Source of the DNA: Candidatus Caldarchaeum sp.
GTDB taxonomy: Archaea; Thermoproteota; Nitrososphaeria_A; Caldarchaeales; Caldarchaeaceae
Length of the DNA stretch: 64,000 bases
NCBI GenBank assembly: GCA_038831915.1
Contig: JAWBKB010000003.1
Location: forward strand, 32,001 to 96,000
Reading direction: 5' to 3'
Shown here: piece by piece, positions 38,209 through 48,333 of the stretch
Numbering within the stretch: position 1 is the first letter of the stretch
How the letters are laid out: the number at the start of each line of letters is the position of its first letter
Position numbers and translations under genes: made by a program
The notes under the pieces: model-generated
Database searches by the model: none
The model's input: only the letters and a program-made list of their open reading frames with translations
What the model was told of the DNA's origin: nothing

Positions 38209-38819
38209 TAGAGCTTCTCGCCGACGACTTTGTCAACTACTATCGCTCCGAAGAAGCCAAACAGGTTTCAACTTTCCTCGATGAGAAAAAGAAGTTCTTC
38301 ACAATGGTTTTCGGTGAAGAATCGATTGATTCGGTCAAGCCCGAACACCTGAATGACGTGTTTGGAATGTTGTCGACGGCTGGGTGGCGGCAAATCCTCG
38401 AAGCTGTCTTAAATAAGTATGGATTTGAAAGCGTGGTCGAGCATGTGAAATATTTTCTTTATGGGTCGGAGCCTTTGGAAATTAGGTTTGACACGTTTTT
38501 CGAACGTTTACCCGAAGTTCCGCAGCTGGCCTTGATGGAGGTTGCGACCTTCGCTCAGCCGAAAAACTTCTGCATCTGGGACGATGCAGCGAAAAAAACC
38601 ATCATCTACATCGGGCACAGCCGGATGCATGGCCTTTCCGAAACATCGTTCCAGGAAACAATTTCAGGGCTTGACTATGTTTGGGCACGGTTCGCGTTAA
38701 ACCATGTTCGTCAGATTCTTTCCGCTTACGTGAGCCGTAAAATCGACTATGTAGACGTTCATCTGTTTACGAGGTTTGTTTATGATAGATTTGTCTTGAA
38801 AAAATTTGTGAATGTTTAG
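38205..38819 (+). CDS. Hypothetical alpha-helical protein
   Basis: 204 aa; 'P..FCIWD' and 'DY.DV..F' motifs. Confidence 0.6.
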   Translation: MIELLADDFVNYYRSEEAKQVSTFLDEKKKFFTMVFGEESIDSVKPEHLNDVFGMLSTAGWRQILEAVLNKYGFESVVEHVKYFLYGSEPLEIRFDTFFERLPEVPQLALMEVATFAQPKNFCIWDDAAKKTIIYIGHSRMHGLSETSFQETISGLDYVWARFALNHVRQILSAYVSRKIDYVDVHLFTRFVYDRFVLKKFVNV

Positions 38820-39688
38820 AAGAATTGGCCTGCGTATAGCATCGATATTCTGAGGGCGAGTGCTCCGACGATTAGGCTGACGTAGAGTCTTAGCAGTATG
38901 TTTCTTGACGGTGGTGTTTTGGCGGCGAAAGCGATGTATGAATGGGTTGCGGGCAGACCGAGTCCAACCAATATGTATCCGATGTAGAACATGGGGGCGG
39001 CGAGTGGGAACGGGTTGGCTAACAGATTCATCACAGCTACGGGGCTTTCGACGAATACGAGGTGGGCGATTGTTGCGAGGCCGCTGACCGTGAGAAGCAG
39101 CACTGTGTAGGTGTTCATATCGACGAGCAAATCTGTGAATTCTTCATAGAGCTGTTTGTTGCGTATGATCATTAGTCCGACGACGCCTATGGCCGCGAGT
39201 ATTCCTGTGAAAAGGTATAGGTATGGTAGGATGGGTGTTTGCCAGAGCAGTCTTTTCGAAGCCGCCATCAACAAAATACCTGCTTGAAGACCGGCTGGAA
39301 ACGCTGAAAGCAGTAAGATTATTTCGAAGAACCTTCGCACTTTGACGACGGCGGCTGGCTTGACCCAGAAAACCGCCGTGACAACGGCGGCTAACGTGAA
39401 AACTGTCAAAACGGGGACTGTTCGAGACATCACGGAGGTGCCGAGGACGAGGAGGTTGACTATGGCGTATGCGGCTCTTTCGGGACGTCCAAGCTCGACT
39501 ACCAGCGTTATCATTCCGACGACGGCTAAAACTGCTGAAATCGTGATTGAAGCCCTGATTAGGGATGAAAACCGCTGCCAGTTTCGGAGGCTTAGGAGCA
39601 CGCCGATGATGGCGAGGCCCGCGGCGAGTCCGAAGACATATTCTTCGATGACTATAGGCCAGTCCCAAGCGAACTGACCGGCTGCCAT
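38816..39688 (-). CDS. NrfD/PsrC-family membrane anchor
   Basis: W.WPI...F..GLAAG, ELGRPER, SVMS, W.TP.LP, RI..LYAGQ. Confidence 0.88.
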   Translation of the reverse strand: MAAGQFAWDWPIVIEEYVFGLAAGLAIIGVLLSLRNWQRFSSLIRASITISAVLAVVGMITLVVELGRPERAAYAIVNLLVLGTSVMSRTVPVLTVFTLAAVVTAVFWVKPAAVVKVRRFFEIILLLSAFPAGLQAGILLMAASKRLLWQTPILPYLYLFTGILAAIGVVGLMIIRNKQLYEEFTDLLVDMNTYTVLLLTVSGLATIAHLVFVESPVAVMNLLANPFPLAAPMFYIGYILVGLGLPATHSYIAFAAKTPPSRNILLRLYVSLIVGALALRISMLYAGQFF

Positions 39689-39689
39689 C

Positions 39690-40685
39690 CTACTTCCCCT
39701 GACCGTTGTTCTTCTTCAAAATGCTGTTTTTCCGTTCGCCAAGCCATCTAATGGCTCCGACGACGCCGAGAACGAGAACTCCGGCGAGGCCGAGGGCGTT
39801 AAACTGTGAAATGAGTCGTTCGGTGCGTGTGCTCGGCCTTTCTTTGTAGACTTCAGGCAGGCCAAGCTCTTCGGGAGGTCGTTTTAAGACGTAGATGACG
39901 TTCGTCCCACCTGCTTCTTCGAGACCGTAGATGAAGCCGCCTGTTCTCGCGGCTTTTTCACGAGCCATCCGGACGATTTCGTTGCGTGGACCCCATTTCA
40001 ACGCGTCCGTTGGACATGTTTCAACACACGCAGGTTCGAGAAGGTTGTGCGAGCTGTATGGGAAGATGTTTTTGATTTCGAACTGCGGGTTGTAGGTGTC
40101 GCCTTTGAAAGCCGTTACGGCTATGGGTTTGTTCGATATTCTGTCGGCGCAGAGTGTGCATTTTTCGACGACTCCTAGTTCAAAGTTCATCCTTGGAACG
40201 TCGAAGGGACATGCTTCGATGCAGTTGCGGCATCCGATGCAGAGGTCGGTTCTAACCACGACCGGGCCTTCTGGATATTTCCACAACGCGGTGGTGGGAC
40301 ATCCATAGACACATGGAGCTTCGACACAGTGCATACAGCTTACTCTCGTAAACAGCCACTGAAGCGTGTCGCCTTCTCCGAATTCGTCGAACTTCATCGT
40401 CAGCCATGTATGTGCTTCGAGGTTCTGCGGATTGGTGAACGAAACGATTTCCGAGCCGGCGTAGCCTTTCTTCCCAACGGCGATTTCACGGCCGAGCTTC
40501 GCGACAGGGTCGTCTACTTCCCTGTACATCGGCTCTCTGTCGTTCCATCTTTTGCACGCAACTTGGCAAGCTCTGCATCCGATGCAGAGGTCTTGGTCGA
40601 AAAGCATCGCGAAACTGTTGGCGGCTACTTGCTCATATTTTCCGAACCGGTCTTTTGTTGCTTGTTCAGGTACGAGCGACATCAT
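39690..40685 (-). CDS. Formate dehydrogenase iron-sulfur subunit (FdnH-like)
   Basis: CIGCRACQVAC, CMHC..APC...CP, CIGC..C...CP, KCTLC, PAC...CP; GGT.V.YVL; C-terminal TM. Confidence 0.9.
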   Translation of the reverse strand: MMSLVPEQATKDRFGKYEQVAANSFAMLFDQDLCIGCRACQVACKRWNDREPMYREVDDPVAKLGREIAVGKKGYAGSEIVSFTNPQNLEAHTWLTMKFDEFGEGDTLQWLFTRVSCMHCVEAPCVYGCPTTALWKYPEGPVVVRTDLCIGCRNCIEACPFDVPRMNFELGVVEKCTLCADRISNKPIAVTAFKGDTYNPQFEIKNIFPYSSHNLLEPACVETCPTDALKWGPRNEIVRMAREKAARTGGFIYGLEEAGGTNVIYVLKRPPEELGLPEVYKERPSTRTERLISQFNALGLAGVLVLGVVGAIRWLGERKNSILKKNNGQGK

Positions 40686-40693
40686 GTATCACC

Positions 40694-43600
40694 TCACGCT
40701 TTCTCCACCCTGACAAGGGCTATCTTGGTCTCCGGCATGCCTGTCTCCTCATCCATCGCGTCGGGGAAGAGCTTGTTGGTTATCACGTTGGGACGGCCGA
40801 GCGGGCGCTGGAACCCATAAGCCCACGGCATCGCGATAATTTCCCAAAGCTTCCCGTTGATCACCAAAGGCCTCACCCTGTTAGTAACCATGACTTTGGC
40901 GACAACAGGGTCGTTGAGGTTGCGTTTCGACACAATTTTGACCCGGTCTCCTGTCTTGACGCCGAGCTTGTTGGCGAGCGACGGGCTCATTTCGACGAAC
41001 AGCTCAGGCATCATTTCTGCAAGCCATGGAATCGTCCGCGTCAATATACCGGTGTGCTGATGTTCAGTAAGCCTGAACGATGTGAGGATGACGTTGAACC
41101 CTTCCTCGACGGTTCCTATAACCATGCCGGCTTCGAACTTGTTTCCAGGATGGAATCCTTTCGGCGGCGTAATTCCAAGCTCTTTGAAGTATGGATGGTC
41201 TCCCACGAGGGGTGGATATTGTTTGACGAGTTCTTTGTCAGGTGATTCGGCTGGCTCATAATAGCCTGCGAATCCACGGCCTCTTCGTGCGTAGAAGCTC
41301 GACCAGAAAGTCGCCCTGTTCCCCGGTTTGAAGAAGTTGAAGCCGAGGGCCATCAGTCCACGTGGGTCGCGCGGTTCCTTCAAGTCATACATGTTCCTCT
41401 GGTTGTCGGGCCAAGCCCATCCCCAGTACTTGAATATCTTGAACCGCTCCGTGTAAGCGTCCATAAATGTTTTGTCGCGTTGAGCCATCCTGTTTTCACC
41501 GTTCGGCCCAACGATGCCTCGGTAGATACGGACTGTTTTGTCGATTTCTTTCGATACTTCAAATGCTTCGGGCTCTGTGTCGAGGTCTTCGATGCTTGGT
41601 TTAGTTCGTTTCGTTGGATGACGGTAGTCCCAGAGCTCGTCGACGTTTTTGCCGTTGCTGAGTCTCCGCAGCTCGGCCAGAGGTACGCCTTTGTCACTTG
41701 AAAATCTTTCCGAAGGCAGGACGATCAATCCTTTCTGGCGTAGGCGTTTGAACAGCTGGTCGATGAACCAGAGATCGGATCTGATGTCTTTGAACGTCCT
41801 TTTCTGCGGGTCATACGGATCGACGACGCGGTTGTTGTCCTGGAGCTTGTGCCTCCACTGAATCGTGTGACCCGTGTTGGTGACGCTTCCGCTGTTCTCG
41901 TATTTGCTGGCGGCGGGAAGCACGATGTCGGCAAAATGAGCTGTTTCGGAAAGGAATAAATCCATCACCACGACGAAAGCGTTGGGCGAGCTGAGTCCTC
42001 GGATTACTTGGCTCGCGTTACCCACAGAGACGACCGGGTTCATGCCTTGGAGAATGATGAATTTGATGCGGCCTGCCTCCATTTCTCTGAAGTATTCGAT
42101 GGTTGTTAGGCCGGGTTCAACTGGCACGTCTGAAATGACTATGCCGTTGTCTGGGTCGGTTTCGGGATAGGTTCCGATGAAGATGCCCCAGTGCATTTCG
42201 GCTTCGCGCCACGAGGCGTAGTGGCGAAGGTCTCCGACCCATGCGATGTTCAACGCTTGAGCGATTTCAGCAGCTGTTTTTCCTTCCCTGACCAAGTTCT
42301 TGTATTTCTGGTAGCGTCTGATGTCTGCTTCAGCTCCACCCGATATTCTTTCTCTTTCACCGAGACCTCCCGGAACACGTCTGTATCCAAGCCAAATGTG
42401 CATCAGATGGTTCATGTCGTTGGAGCCTTGGACGTTGCTGATTCCTCTCAACACATTGGCTCCTCCTCCCGGCTGTCCGACGTTGCCGAGCAGAAGCTGA
42501 AGCTGTCCGAACAAGCGGATTATCTGTGTTCCGCATGTGTGCTGCGTTGCTCCGATGCACCAGACGAATTGTCCGGGCCTGTTAGCTGGGTTGGTGTATT
42601 CGGCTGCCATTTGCAGGAATTTGTAGGCAGGGACGCCGGTGATTCTTTCGACTTCTTCGGGCGTGAACCTGCTGACATGTTCTTTGAATTTTGAAAATAC
42701 TGAGTCGGGGTTTTTCTCCCAGTCTTCGAGGAACTGGCCTGTTTGATGATGAAGTGGGAAGTCGGTTCTTTCTTGGAGGAATTGTTTGTCATAGAGGCCG
42801 TTGCGTATGGCGTAGTTCATTATGCCGAGAACGATGGCAGCTTCGGTGCCCGGCCTGAACCAAGCAAACATGTGAGCTTTTGATGCTGTCCGTCCAAACC
42901 GCGGGTCGAAGACAAGCAGTTTACCGCCTTTCTCTATGGACCTTGACGTAAACTTATAGGCTTCGGGATGTTGTTCAGCGTGGTTTGAGCCGATGTTTAT
43001 CGTGACTTTTGCGTTCTGCATGTCTACGGCTGAATTGGTCATGACTCCGAAACCGTAGACATCGGCGAGGCCTGCGACCGTTGTCGAGTGGCATCTGCGC
43101 GCTTCGATGTCGCAGTTGTTGGTGCCCATCAGCATGGCGAGCTTTCTGCCGAGATAGGCTTCTTCGTTGCTCAGGTAGTCTGTGGAAATGCGCGCGATGG
43201 GTAATGCACGTGGATGAAGCTGCCATGCTTTTTCAGGGTCGTCGAGGTTGCGGCCTCCGGGTATGAGATAGTTGCCTTTAGCGTCAAGCCATGGCTTGTT
43301 CTTTTCCCATTCACGGTAAATCTGTTCGTATTTTTCGATGATTATTCGGAAAGCTTCTTCCCATGTGATTTCACGCCACATCGGGTCTTCGTTCTCACCT
43401 TTCCGCGGGTTAGTGCGCATCAACGGCCTTCGAAGCCTGTATGGGTTGAACTGCGGCAACAACATTATGGAAGCCTGACCCTTTGAGCAGAGCGTGCCTT
43501 CGGTGTGAGGAGCTTCGAGGTCTGGAGCGATGTCGACTACACGGCCATCGACAACTGTTCCGACAACTGTGCATCCGACGGCGCAGTATGGACAAACGCT

Positions 43601-43759
43601 CGGAATTCGCTGTCCTTCTAGCAGCTTCGGCTTCGGAGCCGGCAGAGCTCTTGCCGACTGGATACTTAACCCCGCCAGCGAAAAGCCGGACAGAGCCGTC
43701 GTTGCAGTTGTAGCTACTTTTAAAAAGTCTCGTCTTTTTAGTGAAACTGCCTGACTCAT
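40694..43759 (-). CDS. Formate dehydrogenase catalytic alpha subunit (FdnG/FdoG-like, Mo/W-bisPGD, Cys-type)
   Basis: Tat signal KRRDFLK, CPYCAVGC...LCSKG, ARRCHSTT, TQH..G, LRG.SNVQG, FRLTEH.HTG. Confidence 0.93.
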   Translation of the reverse strand: MSQAVSLKRRDFLKVATTATTALSGFSLAGLSIQSARALPAPKPKLLEGQRIPSVCPYCAVGCTVVGTVVDGRVVDIAPDLEAPHTEGTLCSKGQASIMLLPQFNPYRLRRPLMRTNPRKGENEDPMWREITWEEAFRIIIEKYEQIYREWEKNKPWLDAKGNYLIPGGRNLDDPEKAWQLHPRALPIARISTDYLSNEEAYLGRKLAMLMGTNNCDIEARRCHSTTVAGLADVYGFGVMTNSAVDMQNAKVTINIGSNHAEQHPEAYKFTSRSIEKGGKLLVFDPRFGRTASKAHMFAWFRPGTEAAIVLGIMNYAIRNGLYDKQFLQERTDFPLHHQTGQFLEDWEKNPDSVFSKFKEHVSRFTPEEVERITGVPAYKFLQMAAEYTNPANRPGQFVWCIGATQHTCGTQIIRLFGQLQLLLGNVGQPGGGANVLRGISNVQGSNDMNHLMHIWLGYRRVPGGLGERERISGGAEADIRRYQKYKNLVREGKTAAEIAQALNIAWVGDLRHYASWREAEMHWGIFIGTYPETDPDNGIVISDVPVEPGLTTIEYFREMEAGRIKFIILQGMNPVVSVGNASQVIRGLSSPNAFVVVMDLFLSETAHFADIVLPAASKYENSGSVTNTGHTIQWRHKLQDNNRVVDPYDPQKRTFKDIRSDLWFIDQLFKRLRQKGLIVLPSERFSSDKGVPLAELRRLSNGKNVDELWDYRHPTKRTKPSIEDLDTEPEAFEVSKEIDKTVRIYRGIVGPNGENRMAQRDKTFMDAYTERFKIFKYWGWAWPDNQRNMYDLKEPRDPRGLMALGFNFFKPGNRATFWSSFYARRGRGFAGYYEPAESPDKELVKQYPPLVGDHPYFKELGITPPKGFHPGNKFEAGMVIGTVEEGFNVILTSFRLTEHQHTGILTRTIPWLAEMMPELFVEMSPSLANKLGVKTGDRVKIVSKRNLNDPVVAKVMVTNRVRPLVINGKLWEIIAMPWAYGFQRPLGRPNVITNKLFPDAMDEETGMPETKIALVRVEKA

Positions 43760-43769
43760 TTGTTGAACA

Positions 43770-43785
43770 TACTGTGATAACAGTA
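43770..43785. promoter_or_regulatory. Inverted repeat TACTGT-GATA-ACAGTA in the fdh/fdhE divergent intergenic region
   Basis: Perfect 6-bp arms, 11-26 nt upstream of the alpha-subunit ATG. Confidence 0.45.
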
Positions 43786-43871
43786 AATACATAAGCTTTT
43801 TTTAGTTACAATTCGCCTTTTAAAACGGCGTTATAAAAAATTTAATTCAACATAATTCCGCAGCATAAGCG

Positions 43872-44681
43872 TTGAGTCTTCTTAAAGCAAGGCTTAAAAG
43901 GCTTGAAAATAACTACGAAATCGTCAGATTTGCCTCCTTTCTGATCGAAGTTCGCGACGAATTCGTCGAAAAAGTGGAGCTTTCGCGGTTAACCAAGCCG
44001 GGTTTCGTCGAAAAGACAGCGTCAGCCATCGCGAAAGGCAGCAGACCACTGCTCGACGAAGAAATCATCAACAACATAAATTTCGACTATCTTTCACAAG
44101 TCTTCGTCGACCTGTTCAAAACACTTAAGGAGAGAGCGGCTGTCGATGGAGAAGTTGACAGAATTACTCAGGGTCTGAAAAATGATTCGAACTTTGTTCG
44201 GAAGCTTTTCGAATACGCGGCGGGTTTATTGGATGAGCCGCCGGCTAACGTCGAACGCGAGCTCCTACTGCACATCGTCTTCATCCCACTGCAGCCGCTG
44301 CTAAAATCCATCAACCAACTGAATTCGAGGCTTGACACGCCGACATACGTTCGCTCATGCCTGACATGCGGCAAAAAATACATCACCGGTGTTTACCGCG
44401 GAGGCTTCAGACACATGCTTTGCTCGGCGTGCGGACATCTCGCCCGCGTCGACTTCTTCTACTGCCCATCATGCGGAACAACAGACCCGCACGCCCTCCG
44501 CTTCCAAAGGTTTCAAGAAGAACCCTACTTCCAGCTCGAAATCTGCGACCGATGCGGAGCCTACTACAAGATGGTGAATGAAGATATCGTCGGCTCTGTT
44601 TCAGAAGACCCCATGCTTCTCGATTTTGCAACGATTGATTTGGATAACGTCGCGAACACCGTCAAACAGAAGACAGGCTAA
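43872..44681 (+). CDS. fdhE: Formate dehydrogenase maturation protein FdhE
   Basis: Four CxxC pairs, 'C..C..Y.K', 'D.ATIDLD'; divergent from fdh. Confidence 0.85.
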   Translation: MSLLKARLKRLENNYEIVRFASFLIEVRDEFVEKVELSRLTKPGFVEKTASAIAKGSRPLLDEEIINNINFDYLSQVFVDLFKTLKERAAVDGEVDRITQGLKNDSNFVRKLFEYAAGLLDEPPANVERELLLHIVFIPLQPLLKSINQLNSRLDTPTYVRSCLTCGKKYITGVYRGGFRHMLCSACGHLARVDFFYCPSCGTTDPHALRFQRFQEEPYFQLEICDRCGAYYKMVNEDIVGSVSEDPMLLDFATIDLDNVANTVKQKTG

Positions 44682-45556
44682 ATCTCGAGACCCACTACTG
44701 ATTCGCCGCCGAAGAAAATCCCGAAATCCAAGTTGACATGCAAATCTTTGTAACCCACGTTTACCTCCGCCTCCTGATAGTTTTCGTAGAGCCGTGGATG
44801 TTTGGCCCGTATTTTCAAAGGCCCGCTTCCCGCCTTCACCTTGAATTTAGCGAATCCTGCGTTATCCGTTACACCGGATTGCCCGTCGCTGAGAAACACA
44901 AGTGCTTCGGGCACGGGGTTGGGCACGCCGCTGTGGTCATCCAAAGTTATGCAGACAAAAACCGTCACCTCGACGAATTCCCTTTTCTCATCCTGGGCAA
45001 CGTATTTTCCTTCGACGGTCATGAGTTCGACGGAAAAATTGGGGTTGACATACAGCCTCACGGGTTCCGGTGTCTCATATCCGTCGACTTTCCCCCAGCT
45101 TATCACGTAAATTCCCGGAACGGTGATGATTTTCTCAGCCTTTCCAACACCTATTTTTTCACCGTTGACGAAAATTTCACCTCGTTCAATGTTGTTCATT
45201 ATTTTAACCGGTGTGGCTGTTTCAACGACTTCGACGACCGCTTCGGCTTCAGCCGGCTCAAACCCCTCTTTCTCAACCTTGACCACAAAGATGTCTCTAC
45301 CTGTTTTGAATGAATAGTAGGATGCGAGAGCCAACCCGTTTTTGTCGGTTGTTCTGTAGGAATGCGGGTCGATTACCCCCATGCCGCATCGATAAGAAAC
45401 CTTGCAGTCCTCGATTGGGGCTCCTTTTTCGTCTGTTACGACGGCGACGATGTTGCAGACTCTTGGTTCTACGTATTTCGTGGCGGGGAATATTTTCGGA
45501 TTGATTGTGTTGATGGCGACAAGTAGTTTGGGAAGCGGTTTCTGTTCCTGCTGCAT
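44678..45556 (-). CDS. Hypothetical protein with tandem Ig-like/PEGA-like beta domains and no signal peptide
   Basis: 'V.VTD..G.PI...V...TD.NG.A' and 'TDNAG.A.F' Big_1-like motifs. Confidence 0.55.
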   Translation of the reverse strand: MQQEQKPLPKLLVAINTINPKIFPATKYVEPRVCNIVAVVTDEKGAPIEDCKVSYRCGMGVIDPHSYRTTDKNGLALASYYSFKTGRDIFVVKVEKEGFEPAEAEAVVEVVETATPVKIMNNIERGEIFVNGEKIGVGKAEKIITVPGIYVISWGKVDGYETPEPVRLYVNPNFSVELMTVEGKYVAQDEKREFVEVTVFVCITLDDHSGVPNPVPEALVFLSDGQSGVTDNAGFAKFKVKAGSGPLKIRAKHPRLYENYQEAEVNVGYKDLHVNLDFGIFFGGESVVGLEI

Positions 45557-45592
45557 TTTTACCTTTGATTTGTTCTGATGGCTTAAAAGGTT

Positions 45593-46366
45593 TCAGGGTT
45601 TAAGCATGCTGAGCCAGCCCGGGTAGGAAGGAAGGTATGTGTGTGTTTTCGTGAATCCCGCCAGCCTAAACCCGTACATCATGAATGAGGAGCTCGTTCC
45701 TTCCTCGCAGTAAAAAACAACTGAAACATCAGGGTTGATTTGTTTCTCTTCGGCCGCTTGTTTTATCGCTTCAAAGTTGAATAAATTCGTTGATGAATAG
45801 ATTTTGTGCCATGGAATGTTTACGGCGGAGGGGATGTGTCCGAATTCATAGTCGGCTGGAGAACGTGTATCGACTATCACGGTTTTTTCATCGCTGTTTT
45901 GGATAAGTTGTATGATTTTCTCACGCGTAATTATACTTTGTTCATCGTATCGTAGTGTCAGGTTTGTTTTCTGAATGAGTGGTTGTTTCTGCGCTGTGAC
46001 TGGATGGTTTTGTTTGACGTATTCGTCGAAAGTAGTTGAAAGCAGTCCGAGCTTTCTGAAACCGAGAAGCTCTAAAGTGTATGCTGCACGTGCCGCGTGC
46101 CTGCCGTAAAAATTGTCATAAAAAATTATGAAATCATCCTCGGTGACGCCGATGTGGGAAAGGGTTGCTGATAATTCTTCTGCCGGAGCTGGATATAGGG
46201 CCACGCCTACGAGTTTGATGAAGTTCGAAAACGGCAGAGGTAGAGCATTTGGAATGTGTCCCGCCCTGTATTCTATCAGCCGTCTTACGTCGATGATTTT
46301 GTAGTTGTCGATGTTGTCCAGGAGGTTATGTGGTGTGATGAGTTTTGGGATGATTGGTGACTTCAA
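45593..46366 (-). CDS. Tandem-domain rhodanese/sulfurtransferase
   Basis: IDVR...Y..GHIP twice; active-site FYCEEG. Confidence 0.9.
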   Translation of the reverse strand: MKSPIIPKLITPHNLLDNIDNYKIIDVRRLIEYRAGHIPNALPLPFSNFIKLVGVALYPAPAEELSATLSHIGVTEDDFIIFYDNFYGRHAARAAYTLELLGFRKLGLLSTTFDEYVKQNHPVTAQKQPLIQKTNLTLRYDEQSIITREKIIQLIQNSDEKTVIVDTRSPADYEFGHIPSAVNIPWHKIYSSTNLFNFEAIKQAAEEKQINPDVSVVFYCEEGTSSSFMMYGFRLAGFTKTHTYLPSYPGWLSMLKP

Positions 46367-48321
46367 TCTGCGACGACGCTGCCTGTGTCGGGTAGGACGC
46401 GGTAGCCGGGCAACGTGTTTTCCAGCTTTCTTTGAAATGGTTTGCTTGCGAGGGTTTCGATGAATTTTTGGACGGCTGGTTTGCTGAACCGCTGCTTTGG
46501 GATGACGAAGTCGTAGATTTCCTCGGCGAGCGGGATGAATTCGAGGCCGTAGTGTTTGGCGACCGCTTCAAGGGTTATGCCGACGTCAGCGGTTCCATGC
46601 ATCACCGCGGCGGCGACAGCCGTATGTGTCCTGACTTCGTAGTCGTATCCACGGATGCGTGTGTAGGGGTTATGGACACCGTGTTCGGCGAGCATGATGT
46701 CCAGATAAGTTCTTATCCCCGAGCCTTTCACACGGTTGACAAACATCACGTCTTCACGGAGAAGGTCTTCAAAGGACGTGACCTTGAGCGGGTTGCCCTG
46801 CCGTGTCACGAATCCGATTTTTCTCGCGTAGCCACGTATGAGGAGGACTTTTCCCCGTAGCCCAAGCCGGTCCATCATGAAGCCGTTGTATTCGCGGGTT
46901 TTTTCGTCGAGGAGATGTGTTCCTGCGATGTCTGCTTCACCGCGTTTGACAGCCTGCCACCCGCCTATGGAGCCGACGTTAATCACTTTCGAGTCAGTTG
47001 ACCAGTTTTGATCGAGGAGTATGTCGACGCCGGGGCAGTGGCTTCCGATTATCACGAGTTCTGCTGGTGTTATTTTTTCGGAGAGAAGGCTGACCTCGAC
47101 GGTTTCGCCTTCTTCGAAAAATTCGCGTGTTTCATCTGCTTCCACTATTCCGTCGGCAACCGACAAAACATATGTCGAGCCCGACTGTCCGAGCAACGGA
47201 TACGCGACAACACCGTTCTCAGACACGACCGTCTGTACGGCTATCATCTCTTTTTTTCCACGTCCAGCCTCTACTCGGAAAGCCAGTTTAGCGGTGATTG
47301 TTCCGGATTTTCGCGGCCTGGCTCCGGCGAGTTTTTCGACGATGGGTTTGACGAGTTTCTGGAAAACCATCATCGCGGACAGGGGGAAGCCGGGAAGACC
47401 TATGAGAATCGTGTTTCCCGAGACGGCTAAGGCCGTTGGTTTTCCCGGCTTGATTTTCAACCCATGGACGAGAACCCGGCCACCGCTCAGCTCGCTGAAA
47501 ACCCTGTAAACCATGTCGCCGAAACCCGCCGAAGTGCTTCCCGAAGTAATCACGAGGTCGTATCCATTTTTCACCGCGTAACCAATCTTCTCAACGAGCA
47601 GCTGGTGGTCGTCGGCGATGATTCCGTGAAACTCTGCGTCAGCTCCTAACTCGGTCAGCATCGCTGTCAACGTGGGGCCGTTAATGTCGTAGATTTTGCC
47701 GAGCTCAAGAGGTTGTCCACAGGGGATTACTTCGTTTCCCGTCGAGAAAACCGCGGCCCTTACCTTCCGGTAGACTGGAATTTCGGTCACGCCAACTGAC
47801 GTGAGCACAGCGATTTCCCTCGGCGAAATCACGGTGCCTTTTCGAAGAACCATGTCCCCCACCGATACGTCTGAACCCGTTTGAGCGATGTTCTCACCCG
47901 GTGAAACAGGTCTGAAAATCATCACTTTGTTATCGCCGACTTTCTTGGTGAACTCCACCATCACGACAGCGTTGGCCCCGCGTGGAATGGGGGAGCCGGT
48001 CGCGATTTCAACACACTGGCCCCGAGCGACCTCGCCGTGGAACGGGACGCCGACCTCAGCGTTTCCAACCACTTCGAGGATGACTGGGTTTTCCTCGGTG
48101 GCTGTGAAAAGGTCGGATGCTTTTACCGCGTAGCCGTCGACCGTCGACCTGTCAAACGGCGGATAGGATGTTTTGGCGAGCAGGTTTTCCGCGAGAATTC
48201 TGCCGAGCGATTGGTTCACATGTATTTTTTCGACGCCGAGCGGTTTGAGGCCGCCGACTTGCTTGTCCAGAAGTTCAAGCGCTTCTTCGATTGATACGAG
48301 GGTGTGGAAAACCGTCGCCAA
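46363..48321 (-). CDS. moeA: MoeA fused to a periplasmic-binding-protein (PBP) domain
   Basis: PPFDRSTVDGYA, STGNE, KPGKP, LPGFP; GSHC, GTHLLD, NR..GSG.R. Confidence 0.92.
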   Translation of the reverse strand: MATVFHTLVSIEEALELLDKQVGGLKPLGVEKIHVNQSLGRILAENLLAKTSYPPFDRSTVDGYAVKASDLFTATEENPVILEVVGNAEVGVPFHGEVARGQCVEIATGSPIPRGANAVVMVEFTKKVGDNKVMIFRPVSPGENIAQTGSDVSVGDMVLRKGTVISPREIAVLTSVGVTEIPVYRKVRAAVFSTGNEVIPCGQPLELGKIYDINGPTLTAMLTELGADAEFHGIIADDHQLLVEKIGYAVKNGYDLVITSGSTSAGFGDMVYRVFSELSGGRVLVHGLKIKPGKPTALAVSGNTILIGLPGFPLSAMMVFQKLVKPIVEKLAGARPRKSGTITAKLAFRVEAGRGKKEMIAVQTVVSENGVVAYPLLGQSGSTYVLSVADGIVEADETREFFEEGETVEVSLLSEKITPAELVIIGSHCPGVDILLDQNWSTDSKVINVGSIGGWQAVKRGEADIAGTHLLDEKTREYNGFMMDRLGLRGKVLLIRGYARKIGFVTRQGNPLKVTSFEDLLREDVMFVNRVKGSGIRTYLDIMLAEHGVHNPYTRIRGYDYEVRTHTAVAAAVMHGTADVGITLEAVAKHYGLEFIPLAEEIYDFVIPKQRFSKPAVQKFIETLASKPFQRKLENTLPGYRVLPDTGSVVAD

Positions 48322-48333
48322 CCGCTACACCGC

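Noticed and set aside
40694-43759. Selenocysteine in the formate dehydrogenase
   Set aside because: The frame is uninterrupted and the active-site residue is Cys.
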